From positions 15,286,150 through 15,350,149 of the forward strand of contig NC_134026.1 of NCBI RefSeq assembly GCF_964204645.1: a DNA stretch of 64,000 nt. The letters run 5' to 3'. Made by a program: the position numbers and the translations under genes. How positions within the stretch are numbered: position 1 is the stretch's first letter; each line of letters begins with the position of its first letter. Below are positions 25,481-38,911 of the stretch, piece by piece. The DNA comes from Tubulanus polymorphus (taxonomy: Eukaryota > Animalia > Nemertea). Below the pieces are notes generated by a model. It had not been told where the DNA came from. It searched no databases and saw nothing but the letters and a program-made list of their open reading frames with translations.

Positions 25481-26958
25481 ATACCTACTGTCGTTGAATT
25501 CCCTAGCTCTATGTGGTAATCATCGATTTAGCGACAATGGTGCTGTTTTCCATGGTAATGTGAGGGTTTCCCAGCTCATGTATCGGTAACAAAGACTGAC
25601 TCGCTGAGTGACAGACAAAAAATGAAAAAAAAAAATCCTGTATGGCATATGTAGTAGTAGAACAAAATATTTGAATATAGCTGCAAAGCAACGATAATGG
25701 GTTTTCTGACTTGTTGGTTAGATCATCTTACTTATTTTGTTGAAATCAGTCTTAAATCAGTATAAAAATAACGGTCATTTTGATGTTGATGTTGGAGAGC
25801 CACCTAATACCAGACACAAATACTATAATCGATGTGTTTCGGAAAATACAAAGTACTACAAAACTTAAGTATAATCTAAATAGCTTTGGGGATAATGAAG
25901 ATACTACTATTTAGCAATTGATTGTGGTAACAAAACATGGATTGGTACCAATACAATATATAAAAAAAAATCATAGTCTGTTTTAATGCCGCTGTTGGGA
26001 CCAATGGAAAGCTTGGTTTTACAACATTGGTTGACGTCTGACGTCATGCCAATGCTAGTAAAATGGATCGAAAATAGTAGTACGAAAAAATAGCGCCGAC
26101 TCCTCATTTTCATAGTAACTTCAAATTGTCACTCCGTTCACGTAAAACATTAGAAACAGCTGAAAATTACTTTAAAAAAATGTTTCAATTATTCCCCACA
26201 ACATAGCATTGCCAGATTTCTGATTTAATGGTCCAAAAAGTTATTCGATCGCATTTTTCTAGTTCATTATCTGGTTGATGAGAGCGGGTTAAACAATCGC
26301 GTAGCGATATGTCCGCATTGACATTGGCGGTAAAGAATGGGGAACAGCCTCTTCTGAATAGAAAAACATAAAATTATGTACCTCCGGTTTATAAGTATCA
26401 CAGTGTTTGGATATCACTGTTATTCCAACTATCAGTATCCATGGGATTATTTGGGATTAATTCTCAGCGTCAGAATACGTATTTCTAGAACAGTGGAAAG
26501 GCCGCCTACTCGTGACTGAAACCCGTATGTGCTCGTGGGGGTACGCCTTTACTAAAGTTAAAACCATTTCATGATGACACGAAACATCAAACGGTAAACG
26601 GTAGGCTCCCACCATGATACGATATCACCAATAAAGATAGATCATTTTATTCAATTTTACCAGAGTTGTTTATTGGAGGAAAATATCATTGTTAAGTACG
26701 CCGAGAACAACCATGTTGTATCATCAATCAGTTGACTGACATTGTGCAATTCGATTCGGCTATATTCTAATATAAGTTTTCACTTTAGGACGCCCTACCC
26801 GCCTGCTGCGCTTTGTAATGCGCGCCGGGAAAAAATACCTTTTATTATCTTTTCCATGCGTTACACAACAGTGATTGAATTTACGCGTTGTTTGTCGTAA
26901 ATTGCAATATTGTGATGGTAATTTGCCGCTGCTGTAGTTTTTTGGAATTGAATCGAGT

Positions 26959-27167
26959 GGCCTCGGTAGCTCAGTTGGATAAGGCGTGATGATGTTGAAT
27001 CCACTATCAATGCTGAGTGACAAGTGGGTTCGAGTCCTGTTGGCTGCGAACGGTGTACGGGCGACACTTCAAAGGCCGTACCATTGTGAGGTTAAATGAC
27101 ACTCCAATAGGAATAGTGTTGGGAAACCAAGATCCAAACGACGTACGTAAAGCCAAACAAACAAAAA
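26959..27167 (+). mobile_element. tRNA-derived SINE
   Basis: A box tagctcagttgg, B box ggttcgagtcc, a body unrelated to tRNA, and a cgtaaagccaaacaaacaaaa tail. Confidence 0.75.
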
Positions 27168-27295
27168 GACCAACAAACGATCATCAGCCGGCCCCAGTGA
27201 CACCAACGCCAGCATCGCTCTCTGCGACTTTTTGCATGCGTACATGCATCAGAGCTTGGAGCTCTAAGATCAGAGGGTCTTGCAATTGCATTCAG

Positions 27296-28973
27296 AACAA
27301 GAAAATTAATTTTAGAAAATTATTTGACGCCTGCGAAAAAAATGTATAATTTCTGGGCTAAGCTCATGTGGAATTGCAAATTTGAAATCGACGTTTTAAA
27401 AAATTTGGGGAATAATGAGATTTGGCGATTGGGTAGATGATACAGCGGGTCTTCGACTCTAGTAGTGGTTTAAATTTTTTTATTGAAAATTCTCAATAAT
27501 AGATCGCGAACTTGCGACCGACTTCATTTACTTATGCCTCTAAGCTGGTCTGCAACTTCATTGCCTCCATGGTTGAAGAACGAGCTCTTCTGATGTCTGA
27601 TGACTTCGAGCATATCGTGTGGCCTAGCCAGCCGGCCCGGGCCACGGGTTTGGCTGTCACTCGATATCCTACTGTCTGTCACACCTACTCTCCGTGCGAC
27701 GTTTTGGTCCGTAATTTCGTTAATAATCGGTTTATCTACCTTTATTACGCATCAATTTGTTCAGTGAGGAATTTGCATTCAGAAATAAACAACAATTTTC
27801 ACTTAATTTGTTTTTGTTTTCATTTATGAGCGATAGTTTACTCAGCATACGCTCGCGTAATGCTGAAAAATCCGCTCCGCGGACGCTCGGAAACGTTACA
27901 GTGACGTCATCACCTGCTCATTAGCATATCAAAATACAGTAGGTGGCGCCACGTGATGGGCCATAAAAGCCGTTTTTCAGCATTACGCGAGCGTATGCTA
28001 GGTAAACTATCGCTGATAGAAGAAAACACAAACAAATTTATGCCAGTTCATGATTTATTTCTGAATGCAAATTCCTTACTGAACAAATTGATGCATAATA
28101 TTTACAGATCAACCGATTATTAACGAAATTACGGACCAAAACGTCGCACGAAGAGCATGTGTGACAGACAGTAGAGTCTTGAGTCTGGGTGGGTTGAAGT
28201 AGACATTGTCATTTAAAATAACATGCTTATGTTGTTCTGTATGAATTACCCGTGTGTCATGTATGTTGTATTAATTTATTTTAAAATTTGTATTTATTGA
28301 ATTTGGGAATTTTATCCCGAAATTTCAATGTAATAAGGATCAATAAAGAATTGAATTGAGTTGTCACCTAATACACATGCCATCAGAGGACGCGGAGCCG
28401 TATATGATAGCTATGCTATTATAAATTGCTAATCTCACGAAACCTGCATACTCCTGATATCAAACATATTTTCTAAAACGTTTGAATATTGAAATTATAT
28501 GTTTACACATTTTCATATTGACCGCTTGTAGCCGCTGATGAAATTCACGCCGGCCCTACACACATCGTAGATAGCTTCGTCATTCCACCGGCATGCCCAC
28601 GTCAGGGTCTGACTTTTATATCAGACTTCCAAATCGTGTATACATCCGCCCTTTAACCGAATAATCCGATTTACTTATCATTTCTATTTATGCCTGCCGC
28701 TTCTGATATAATCATACATCCTTTACTATTACAATACGTCTTCTTATGATATTCAATGCAATATAACATTTCGACGTTCAAATATAGTTCATTATATAAT
28801 CAAAGGAAGCCATTCTACATCTATGTCAATAATATTTTGCCACATAGCTTATTTGTGTACACATAGACCTGTGACGTTTTGCACATCGATTTACGGCTGT
28901 CGTTTGTAAAATGACGCTGAATGGTTAACATTGTTTAGGTTTCATAATGGTAACGTTTTATAAGGCGTCAAAA
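27296..28973 (-). repeat. Inverted copy of the 5540-6668 element, interrupted by a MITE
   Basis: Reverse-complement alignment on both sides of 27672-28171. Confidence 0.85.
27672..28171. mobile_element. Palindromic Tc1/mariner-type MITE
   Basis: Long TIRs ctgtctgtcacac.../...gtgtgacagacag, TA on both sides, and absent from the 5540-6668 copy. Related fragments at ~20870-21050 and ~50080-50320. Confidence 0.85.
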
Positions 28974-29465
28974 ATCGTTCTGTTTTTTTTTCATTATTCA
29001 ATGGGGCCTAACAGTTCATGCGTAAAAATGGGTTTTTGTATCCAAATCTTGATTGATATAAATATCTTGGCTGGGACATGATGGAAAACATCAGAATAAA
29101 CTAGTTTCGTCTTTTTAACGAATCGCATTAATGAGGTTTAACAGTACAAATAGCCAAGTCTGTGGTCCTCCCAATCAACATCGTCATAGAAGATTTGCCG
29201 GCAGATGTAAAACATTATAACCACTTAATACCACAGTATAATCTACCAATGCTTCAAGGCTCATGGGCCTCTTGTTTCTGCATTCAAATGAGTAAAACAA
29301 TGGGAAAAGATTGATCTGAGGCATTCCTACCTGCTGTCTGTGCTACTCATAAAAACCTGATTGTACTATGTAAATTATATTGAGCGGGGAGATTGTATTT
29401 TGAAAAAAATAAAACTAGCAGATTACATCATATATGAAGAGCTCTTGTCAATTTTAACATCTGTC

Positions 29466-30062
29466 TGTGACCATAGATTCCTCGGATGTATGTGACCGGC
29501 CTTATTTCCTCTATCGAATGACAGCAACCGATCGATTTCGGGGTTCTGGAGATCCACTTCTACAGCTGTGTTTCGCCGACTCCTCACGGTCCGAGACCAA
29601 CAATAGCCAAGACAACGATCGACAAACCTGCGGCAACAGGAATAAACAATATATAAGTTTATTAACACACATAGGTGTTGTCGGTAAGGACAACAAACAA
29701 TGAATAATTCCCTATACAACATATCTTATATTAACAATTTAACATTATTTCATATTGATCGAAATGAAACTTTCCAAAGAACCTTCACCTAACTCACCCT
29801 AAACTGACACCACATAAATTCGATTATTCCTGGAATTTACAATTTGTATTATATAAGATACTTATAAAGTTATGGATTTAAACAATATCTTACCTGCGGC
29901 AACAGGAATAAACAATATATAAGTTTATTAACACACATAGGTGTTGTCGGTAAGGACAACAAACAATGAATAATTGCCGCGAAAAACCAGAACGCCACCT
30001 ACTTAGAAAAAGGATGGCAGCACTGTACGGAACGGTTTCCCCTACAAGTTCACCCGGTTACA
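29466..30062. mobile_element. Probable solo LTR with an internal ~84-bp duplication
   Basis: tgtgacc...ggttaca ends, imperfect 4-bp flanks tgtc/tgta, and an identical segment at ~29626-29709 and ~29892-29975. Confidence 0.55.
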
Positions 30063-30650
30063 TGTATAAGATTTTTAAAATATTTTAAAAAGTTGATTTG
30101 ATATTCATATTCTTTAACCGGTAACTTTTTTTCTCTACCTGCAATGAGCTGAATGGTTTTACGAGCATAAAATATAAAAATTGATTTCATGAAAATTGTC
30201 TACCAAATGATCGCTTTCACTCAGACGAAACCCACGTGCATCTTATCAATAATAATGTTGGGAAAATATATGTAATAGCTCAAGGCACTGGTTTGTTTGT
30301 GTACAGACCAAATAATTGCTGGTGATATCAAACTGGGGATCATCGCTGACAATTTTTCAAACGATGCTGGCTACAGGGGTAGTAAATTCTTTCATAAGGG
30401 CCTTAAAAGCCCCTTTTGGAGAACACTGCCTTCATTGTTTGCTTACCCCGGGAGACATGCATGGCGTTGCTACATTCAGGTTATCATTTGTATGAACTAG
30501 TTTCTCATATGCCATCATGGTTTTTGGTTTATGCGTTGACCTTTTTTATGTTGACATTTTGTTTATGAGTTAAGGTATTAGCTTATACTTTCTTAACGTT
30601 CTGATACTTTCATGATATCTTAACAGCATTTGAATATTGTTTGTTTTTAG

Positions 30651-30739
30651 CTGGATTACAAGAGAGTTGATAATGACTTAAAGACGTGTCTTAAAGACAA
30701 GAAACAATTGTTGGAAAAAATTGCAGAGTTGCGAAAAAT
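30651..30739 (+). CDS. SMC6: SMC6 exon LDYKRVDNDLKTCLKDKKQLLEKIAELRK
   Basis: tttttag|CTG acceptor and AT|gtaagt donor; 89 nt, phase 0/2. Confidence 0.88.
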
Positions 30740-31640
30740 GTAAGTGCAGAGATTAACAAAATAAGTACCGTAATAATACACTGACCAAATACTGTTGGAA
30801 CTTGAAACATCTCTATAATGTTAGTTATTTTTGGCTTGAGTTTATGTAATGGATCGAAAGGATCAGAAAATCCAAAGCCCCTTGCCAAGAAGGTGTTTCA
30901 GGAAATAATTACGTGAATACAAGGCTTCGGTTCTAGGGGAGCAGATTTTCATCAGTTAAGTCAATTTTCATCGGTAGCGTCGGCAATTTATGTCGAATTT
31001 TATTGAGTTGAGTGCCAGCAATGATTTTGATGATGAAAATGAAATCAGTTACAATTTTTTAGACCCTGTTGATACGGTTGTCATGGCAACGGACACTAAT
31101 AACAAAAATGAAGAACCAGAAACTGTCCATCCTCAAGGTCACATATATCCAAATTATTTGTCTTATTTGTAAGCCCAAAGGTTATCAACACCCTGGTATA
31201 CAATGTATCAGTGACAAATACATAGGTAACAATTTTCTGAGGCCAAAAATTATACCCCAATGAAACCCCTTACATCCGGCCTTCCGTGGTATTGAAAGGG
31301 TTAATAAACTTCAGACATTCGATTGGAACCTGGTGTATTTGAGTCACTATTTGCACTTTAATCGCTGTATCATCCGTGTCTATACACTACACTAAGTTGT
31401 TATGGTCTGGGTTCTCAGTATGACGTCGCACTACCGGGTTGGGAATAGATCAGCACAGCCGATCAAGTGTCGTTTTTACAGTAAATGAAGACTCAAAAAT
31501 TTATTTCTTGGCCACTTAACCATTAAATAGGTTATACTTGATGATACAAATTAATTTCAGCCATATTTCAAAAATCTCTTCATGACCCCTTTAATGTCAA
31601 TATTTTTGAATAGATTTTCAATAAACTCTAATTAGTTATA

Positions 31641-34600
31641 CAGTAGACTCCGCATACCTCGGAGTCATACACCTCGGAATATTGCTTAGCTCAGAACAAA
31701 TCTAATATATTTTTCTTAATGCAATTATTTCTCAAATGAAAATCTCCGAGTAGCTCGGAGTTGCATACGTCGGAATATCGCATACCTCAGAATGATTTTT
31801 TTATATATTGAGTCCTTAAATCGTGTACCTCGGAAATTCTGAACATCGTCCCGACAATATCTTTTCAAAAACGCATCCCTAGCCTTCTGCATAACAACTT
31901 AATTAAATAGATTAATCAATAAATAATCAGATTAATCAATACTTCTTGGACGAGACAAAATCAACATCAATATTTGTGTGAGTCAGTTTTGAGCAGCGTA
32001 TACTGCATACACAGCTATTTCATAAACATGTTTAAAAGAAAGTTGTCTAGATATTCTCTAAGTCAAAAATTAGAAGTAATAACTTTTCATGAACAAAACC
32101 GCGAAGTAAAACAGAGACTGATTGCTGAGAAATTTTAAGTGAATGAGAAGACGGTTAGTGACTGGATCAAGAACAAAGAGAAAATAAAAGGGCAAGAGTG
32201 TGAAAGAAGTTTTCAGAAGACCAAAAAACGTCCACGCGAAGTTAAATTCAATGACGTGGATGCCGCTTTAATTCTATGGTTCAGACAGGTTATCCAAGAA
32301 CCAGTAATAACCATCAATGGGGACATACTGCGTGAAAAAGCAATGTACTTTGCCACTGAATTTGGATATCCTGCTGATCAAGAAATCACAGCATCCTGGA
32401 TCGAACGCTTTAAAAAACGCTATGGAATATCGAAGATCAAAAAGTGCGGAGATGCTGGCGGCGTAATACTGGATATAGTTGAACAATGGTTGCAGGGCGG
32501 AATTCTAGATATTTTACGGTCGTATGCTCCAAGTGACATCTATAATTTAGATTAAACCGGACTGTTTTGGCAGATGCTGCCAGAACAATCCTTAGGGTTT
32601 TCTGGAACAAAATATCACGGCGCCAAAAAACCAAAATCCCGTATAACTGTTCTTGTAGGAGCTAACATGGACTGATCCGATAAGTTGCCTCTCTATACCA
32701 TTGGGAAATTCAAAAATCCACGCCTATTCAAAAACATCAAGCGACTTCCAGTCGAATATCAGAATAATAAAAAAGCATGGATGACTGGAGATCATTTTGT
32801 AGACTACATTGAGAAATTGAACAGTAGGTTTAGGAGAGAAAATCGTAAGGTGTGCATCCTGGTTGATAACTGTACTGCCCACCCAGGCCCATAGCGTGGG
32901 GGGGGGTTCGGACGAACTGTACTACTATTTTTACTACGGTGTAGAACCTGATGTGATGGAACTGATACGAAACTGTTTGTTGTGCCGCACTCAAGTTCGA
33001 ACACCCTGTTCAGTTTGTGACAGAAAGTTTTCTGATCGTGGAAAGAAGGCTCTTCCAATCGTGATTGGTCCCCTCCCCTAGATGAGCTCTTTTACCCATC
33101 ACAAAGTCAAACATTTTAATTGAATTAGCATGGAATATATTCAAATTTAGTAAGGTTATTCATAGGCGCTTAAATGTATTTTGCTTACTCTACTCTACTG
33201 GTACAAACTGTTTTATGTATCGGTTAGGTTTTCATCGTGAAAAAATGACCCTTGAAATTTGGTATACAGACTCGCTCACGCTGCAGGCTTCGCCTCCAGC
33301 TTCGCCTCCAGCTTAACTCACGATATGGTCCAAATTCATGGAAAAAGAACCCCCCGCCGAAATCTCACGCTACGGGCCTGCCACCCTCCTAATGAACTCG
33401 ATGATTTTTCAAATGTTGAAGTGCGATTACTACCGAAAAACATAACATCAGTACTCTTTATCAGGACCCTTTAAGATGCGGGTTATGGAATAAAAGCTGC
33501 ATGGGAAAAAGTCACCGCATCAACGATCCAAAACTGTTTCAAGGCTACTAGTTATGCGCCTATGCAAGGTCGGGAGAATAAACCACCTGTTGAGCAGGCA
33601 GAAGCTACTCGTCAATTTCGAAGTTTGTGGGAGACATTCGCAACAGAGTTTCAGTCGGCACCAATTACTGAAAACAAAATCAGTAGTGAATTTCGCTGTG
33701 TTTGAATCTCTGTCTTCTCATGTCGACCTTCAGGGTTTAACAGCCGATGATTATGTCTCAGTTGATGCCAGTGATGACACATGTCAAGTGCTCACTGATG
33801 CAGAAATTGTTTCATCAGTTATTCAGGAAAATCTAGACATCCAGGAGGAAACAGACGACTTGAACTCTGAAAATCCTGAATCGATACCTCCTGTTACTAG
33901 GGCCGCTGCCATGTCTGCTGTGAGTACGGTGAGACGATACATTCAAGAATCATCCGACTCAACTGAACAGCTTCTGAAATCTTCCGACGATCTGGAGAAT
34001 TTCATTCTTACCAAGATATCAACAAAACAATCATCCATTCTGGACTACTGGACTACTTTTCAAAGAAGTGACTGCTTAAAAATCATGGATACCAGTGGTG
34101 TAAGTTCTGAGATATAATTAAAATTGGTTTTTACTTCAAATCATGTTTCTCAAGTTTTAGTTATTTTTCGTTAAAGGGGCTGTTGCAAGAATGCATATAA
34201 TCAGCTGATGATCGTAAGAATTGGAAGCGTGCCAGTCGTGCTAGTTCTCGGCTGTCTTTAATACGAATAGCCAATTGAATGGATGTAGGCGTAGCAATAG
34301 ACTTGTCACTGCACATCAAACCCACGTGTTTTTAAATTTTCTCAACTGGGACGGAGGGGCTTTGCTTGGTGTACTACAGTACGATGTTTTGATTGAAACG
34401 ATGACAAGTCAAATCTCCCGGGGGATATGAGGTTTTGATTGAAATAACAATAAAAGCCTGTCAGATATGGTACATATACAATGTTTATTCAACATAGATT
34501 AGTATAAGAAGGATAATTTGAGCCCACGTGTCAGCAACAATTTTTTTTATGACAAAATTTGCGGACCTATATACCTGGGAAATCGCATACCTCAGAAAAA

Positions 34601-34642
34601 ATTTTGCAGTCCCAAGGATTCCGAGGTAAGCGGAGTCTACTG
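31641..34642 (+). mobile_element. Tigger (pogo family) DNA transposon, full length but inactivated
   Basis: TA + TIR cagtagactccgc ... gcggagtctactg + TA. Transposase from ~32028 (MFKRKLSRY.., SWIERFKKRY, IYNLD*TGLFW, KAWMT, LVDNCTAH) with stops and frameshifts. Confidence 0.93.
32884..33380. mobile_element. hAT-like MITE with 5-bp TSD inside the Tigger DDE domain
   Basis: TIRs caggcccatagcgtg / cacgctacgggcctg with duplication ccacc. Removal restores the in-frame DNCTAHPPNELDDFSNVEVRLLP. Confidence 0.85.
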
Positions 34643-36789
34643 TACAACCATTTACTTCATCTTCAGGAGTTTTTGCTGTGACTGGTATTCATCTGATTTT
34701 AAGAAGCATTGAGATGTGAAGTTTGAAAGCGGATTGACACTGATCCATAGAAATACCCCTTAGTAAATAGCCAAAACTTTTAGCTGGTGGCGATCTTGAA
34801 ATTGACCTCAAAAAGAATAATTTACCGTACACTAAAAAATGCCTTGTTTCCCATTTCTTCTGAGCTTGGAGTTGACCTGGCCGGCTGCCTATCTACCCTG
34901 TACATTACTTTTGAATCATGATCAAGCTTGTTAGTTGCCTAATCGTTGGTGGTAAGCTTTAATAATCGGATGGGCTTATACCAACGTTTGGGATGACAAG
35001 GGTCAAAACCCTGTTGAGATAAGGAAGGCTTCAAAAATGTACTTTATGTTGACTTCAATCAACAATTAATGGTTAAATTCACAAACTAGCACAGCTACCT
35101 CTTGGAATAATCCCATTTTTGGTTCGAAGAATGAGAAAGTAAGCTATCATCAAGTTGCAGTGTCACGAAGTCACCTGACAGAATCGGAAGATTTTTTTTG
35201 TCAGATTGCGTGATACGCCTCAATGAAATAGGTCCACAGACGTAATTCGCTTGTCTTGAGAATACTATAATTATCACGATAAATATATTTAGATACTCTG
35301 AATAATAGCATTTGTGTCATCCGTGATGAACGCCGATATAGTGGTTAAAACAAATCATTACATCTACTCGCGCATAAATACACCATCAATGCTGCGCCTG
35401 TTGTAAGCGCCAGTATTACTGCCCACATACAGCCTTACACACGTTGATGCCAACACCGGCCTGTACTTCAAAAGTTTGGAACAAAATATTAGAAATATTT
35501 GTGATCAGATTTACACCAAATAAACCTTTAAAGTAAGGTATTTAGCATCAGATATTGTGCCTAAAATTCCAGATTGATTCACTACATAGTTTTTCAAGTA
35601 AGTGCCTTTTTAGTGTAAACCAATTATGTTGATTGACAGGCAGGCTCAGCTGCATGCCCCATTTAATCAATAACGTCAGATGTAAACAATAACATTACGA
35701 CGTGCCCAATGCAAACGGAAAACAAATTGAATTTTATTAAGCAAACTTCTCTCATGGAATATTAATTTCTTTTCCATAATTTGCCTTTCTTTTATGAAAT
35801 TTATGATTAATACATCAGACTTTGCTTTTTCGAACCTCAGAACTTTGAAGTCCTCTTGATTACATAGAGCGATTAATCAATATTTGTTGAAAAATTATTC
35901 ATACATGTGGCATGGTGGGCAAGGTGATCTACAGGATTTTCGCCTGATTTTCGCTTTAATTAACATATTTTGTCTATTTTAGTGTAAGTTTGAGCTCTTA
36001 AGATCGTTGATCTTTTGTTTTGTTCTGGGCTTATAGTTAACTGTATACATCATTTCAGCGTTCATCATGTTCCTTATTACAGTTTAGATATTAAGTGTTG
36101 GGAGCCATCTTGAATTTATATCAGCAAGGCAGCATATGATTGTTGATGGATTTCCATGAAATTTGGTGTGAGGATTGGAGCAAGTACGATGTCCACCCCT
36201 ATGTATGTAGGTTTATATTTCATATTTTGGGAATTTTCTGCTGGATTACTAATTGTGCAGTATGGAAACACTATGAAGTGTCTGATTTTATTCAGTTTTG
36301 ATTAAAAGATGTTTTATGCATGTTTGCCGTAAAATTTTTATGGTTATTTTTAGCGAACCTATGGTTCGCTTCTTATGCCAACGGCCTTACTGGTCTTGTG
36401 CCAATATTGCTTGAAAGTGATGTTAACAAGCCTCATTTTGAAACGGTGATAGACCCGGTCGTATTTCATATTGCAGATGATTCAAATAGCCTTACACTCG
36501 CTATTGTGCGAATTTCATTGCGATGTGATTGATCTAAGCTGTAAAATTTTAGGTAATTAGAAAACTTCCTTAGCTTTTATATAGTTTGACTTGACCTGGA
36601 ATGACCTAAGTCATGAATAATCATTAGCAGATGCGCATGCGCTTAACAGTGTGTAGAATGACAGGTGGATCCTTGCTAAAATAGATCCATTTTGTAAAAT
36701 ATCAAGCTGTGTATTGACGATTACTGTTAAGAAAAAAAATGGTGGAAAAGCACATTACATTTTTATACTTTGGTCACTGACTCTTGAAA

Positions 36790-37200
36790 TAAGAGTACCG
36801 TCGACGTCAAGATACTCGAAGAAACCGTAGCGTATTAACTTCCACCAGTCGTCGGGTATGGTACTATGTACGAGGGAGGGAGGTAAGTCTTCAGTTTCTC
36901 CTGATAAATTAACGAATCACAATGTATATCCAATAGAAGGACCTTCATTTTTTCATGACAAGACCATGGCTTTTCTCCGCATAATTCCCTTCTTTCTAAG
37001 TATATTACTTCATGCCTTGCCAAACACTAATTATTTACTCACTCACCAATTTACTCAATTAACCTGTCCTCCTCTGTATATATACCCCTGTTTTTAATCT
37101 ATATCTGACACCTGACGATGATCTCTAGGGTGAGATCGAAACATCGTGTCTTTTATATATTTTTGATTGAATAAATAAATTCTGGTTTTTAAATTCGTTT
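36790..37200 (+). mobile_element. Penelope-like element 3' remnant
   Basis: Weak GIY-YIG-like terminal reading, then a hammerhead-like motif and aataaataaa. Confidence 0.5.
37107..37150 (+). ncRNA. Minimal type I hammerhead ribozyme-like motif
   Basis: gacac-CTGACGA-t-gatctc(tagggt)gagatc-GAAAC-atc-gtgtc: stem I gacac/gtgtc, stem II of 6 bp, and both conserved core boxes. Confidence 0.65.
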
Positions 37201-37458
37201 AATCTGTAAATAGTGGGATTTTATCTTGAAATGAAGATTATTTTTCTGATAACAAGGCGTGACTGTCCCGTTTATTAGGAAACACTAGCGGGTTAACTAG
37301 CGGAATAGGTTTGATATTTACGCACGTGTTGCAGGTTTAAATTGTTTATCAGTATAGAATTAGTGATCCATAAAAGCCAAAATCAACAACAGCTTGATAA
37401 GCAACAACCCAAACCAGAGCAATTAGAATACAAAATAAATGCTTGGTCTAACCAATTC

Positions 37459-38255
37459 ATTTTCATGGGCTTGCATGCTTGCAAGCCCATATTGCTATCA
37501 CACGGATTGATAACTTGCTTGGGGAGTCGATAACTTTTGTTAGAAACTTTCTTGGGCTCTGATATTTACACACATTTAATGCAGTAATGAAATCTAGGTT
37601 CCTTTCGTATATTGGCTATAACGGTTGTTGTTTTCATTGTTTTATGGTTTTGTTTAATAGTTTTTGTTATTACAGCAACGCATACCAACCTTGGTTGAGC
37701 GTGCATGATCAGGCTTGAAATTGGTATTCATGCGTGGCATAGTGCTGCCTGCAATTCAATTCATTCTTTATTGACACAAAATTTCACAAAACATTTACTT
37801 TCACATTTTTTAAAAATTCTTTTAATTTTCTTTTACTTTCATTGGGTGCTTGAATTAGCCGCCATTTGTAAAATATCTGTATGAACATTTATATTTTTCA
37901 GTTTAATATCTTTTTATATCTAAAAAGATATTAAAAAGATATATTTTTTATATCTAAACTTTTCAGTAAACAAATTCTGAATTGAATTGAAGACCGGTTC
38001 CCTGTCTCTTCAAAGAGCCAGGGGGCGGTAGCCTATGGTGGTAATAAACATTATCGGATGATCGTAGTGGATTGTCATTTGAAGGAAATGTAACTAAATC
38101 TTGCTTAATGTCTTTATTATTTTAAAAAGAAAAATCTTTGCTCTTATCTATTTTCGTGTTCGCTACTCTTCACCTGAAGTCACTCGAGTTAGTCACGTTT
38201 TTCTTTCAGCTGTAAATTTTTCTACGTAAAATCAATTCCACACAATCCGTTAAGT
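37459..38255 (+). repeat. HINE-like catgggcttgc family, 3'-truncated copy
   Basis: Continuous similarity to 17508-18760 without the solo LTR. Confidence 0.8.
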
Positions 38256-38463
38256 AATTGTCAGTCATTGATGGGTTACCCTAGAGACTGAGTGACCGAT
38301 TAGATTTTGAGTCCTGTAGGTCAATAGTAGGTCTTTGTGGTAAAAGTCTTGAAAATGACTCTCAAATGGCCTTGAATTTTGGTTGGCCAGGCTTTAAACC
38401 CTGAAACGACATCAGAATTTACATATTTTGTTCTTAATAAATGATTTTCAATCTTTATTTTAG

Positions 38464-38622
38464 GACACAAAGTGATGGGAAACTTATTCAAAGGCAATTG
38501 CATATTGACAAATTAGAAGATGAGTTGAATCAAAACCATGCGCAGATGAAAGTATCAGAGCATTACTTGCAGCAATTGCGTAGTGCTCTTAATCAACTAA
38601 AAGAACAAAGCTACACACTGAA
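38464..38622 (+). CDS. SMC6: SMC6 exon TQSDGKLIQRQLHIDKLEDEL...QLKEQSYTL
   Basis: ttttag|G acceptor and AA|gtaaga donor; 159 nt, phase 2/2, joins both neighbours in frame. Confidence 0.88.
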
Positions 38623-38911
38623 GTAAGAAGGGAATAAATACTCTGTCAGCCACACATTTCCTTACAGCACAGGGATGCTGGTGTAATTATTTGCTAGTAA
38701 ACTCACTACCGAAATAAAGGAGCCCTCTGGTATGATTGATATTTAACCCAGCAGAGGAAAGATATCTCACTTAGCAAGTCAGATATGTTGGTATACAATA
38801 CTGAAAGTTTGGAGACTTAGTTAGCACGATATAGCCTGCAATTCCTGATTGCTTTTTCAGTCAGCTGCTCAAGATCAAATGTTATCATGTAGTTCAACAT
38901 CTATTTTGCAG

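Noticed and set aside
26959-27050. Functional tRNA gene
   Set aside because: No convincing anticodon arm or acceptor stem, and it continues into a SINE-like body and tail.
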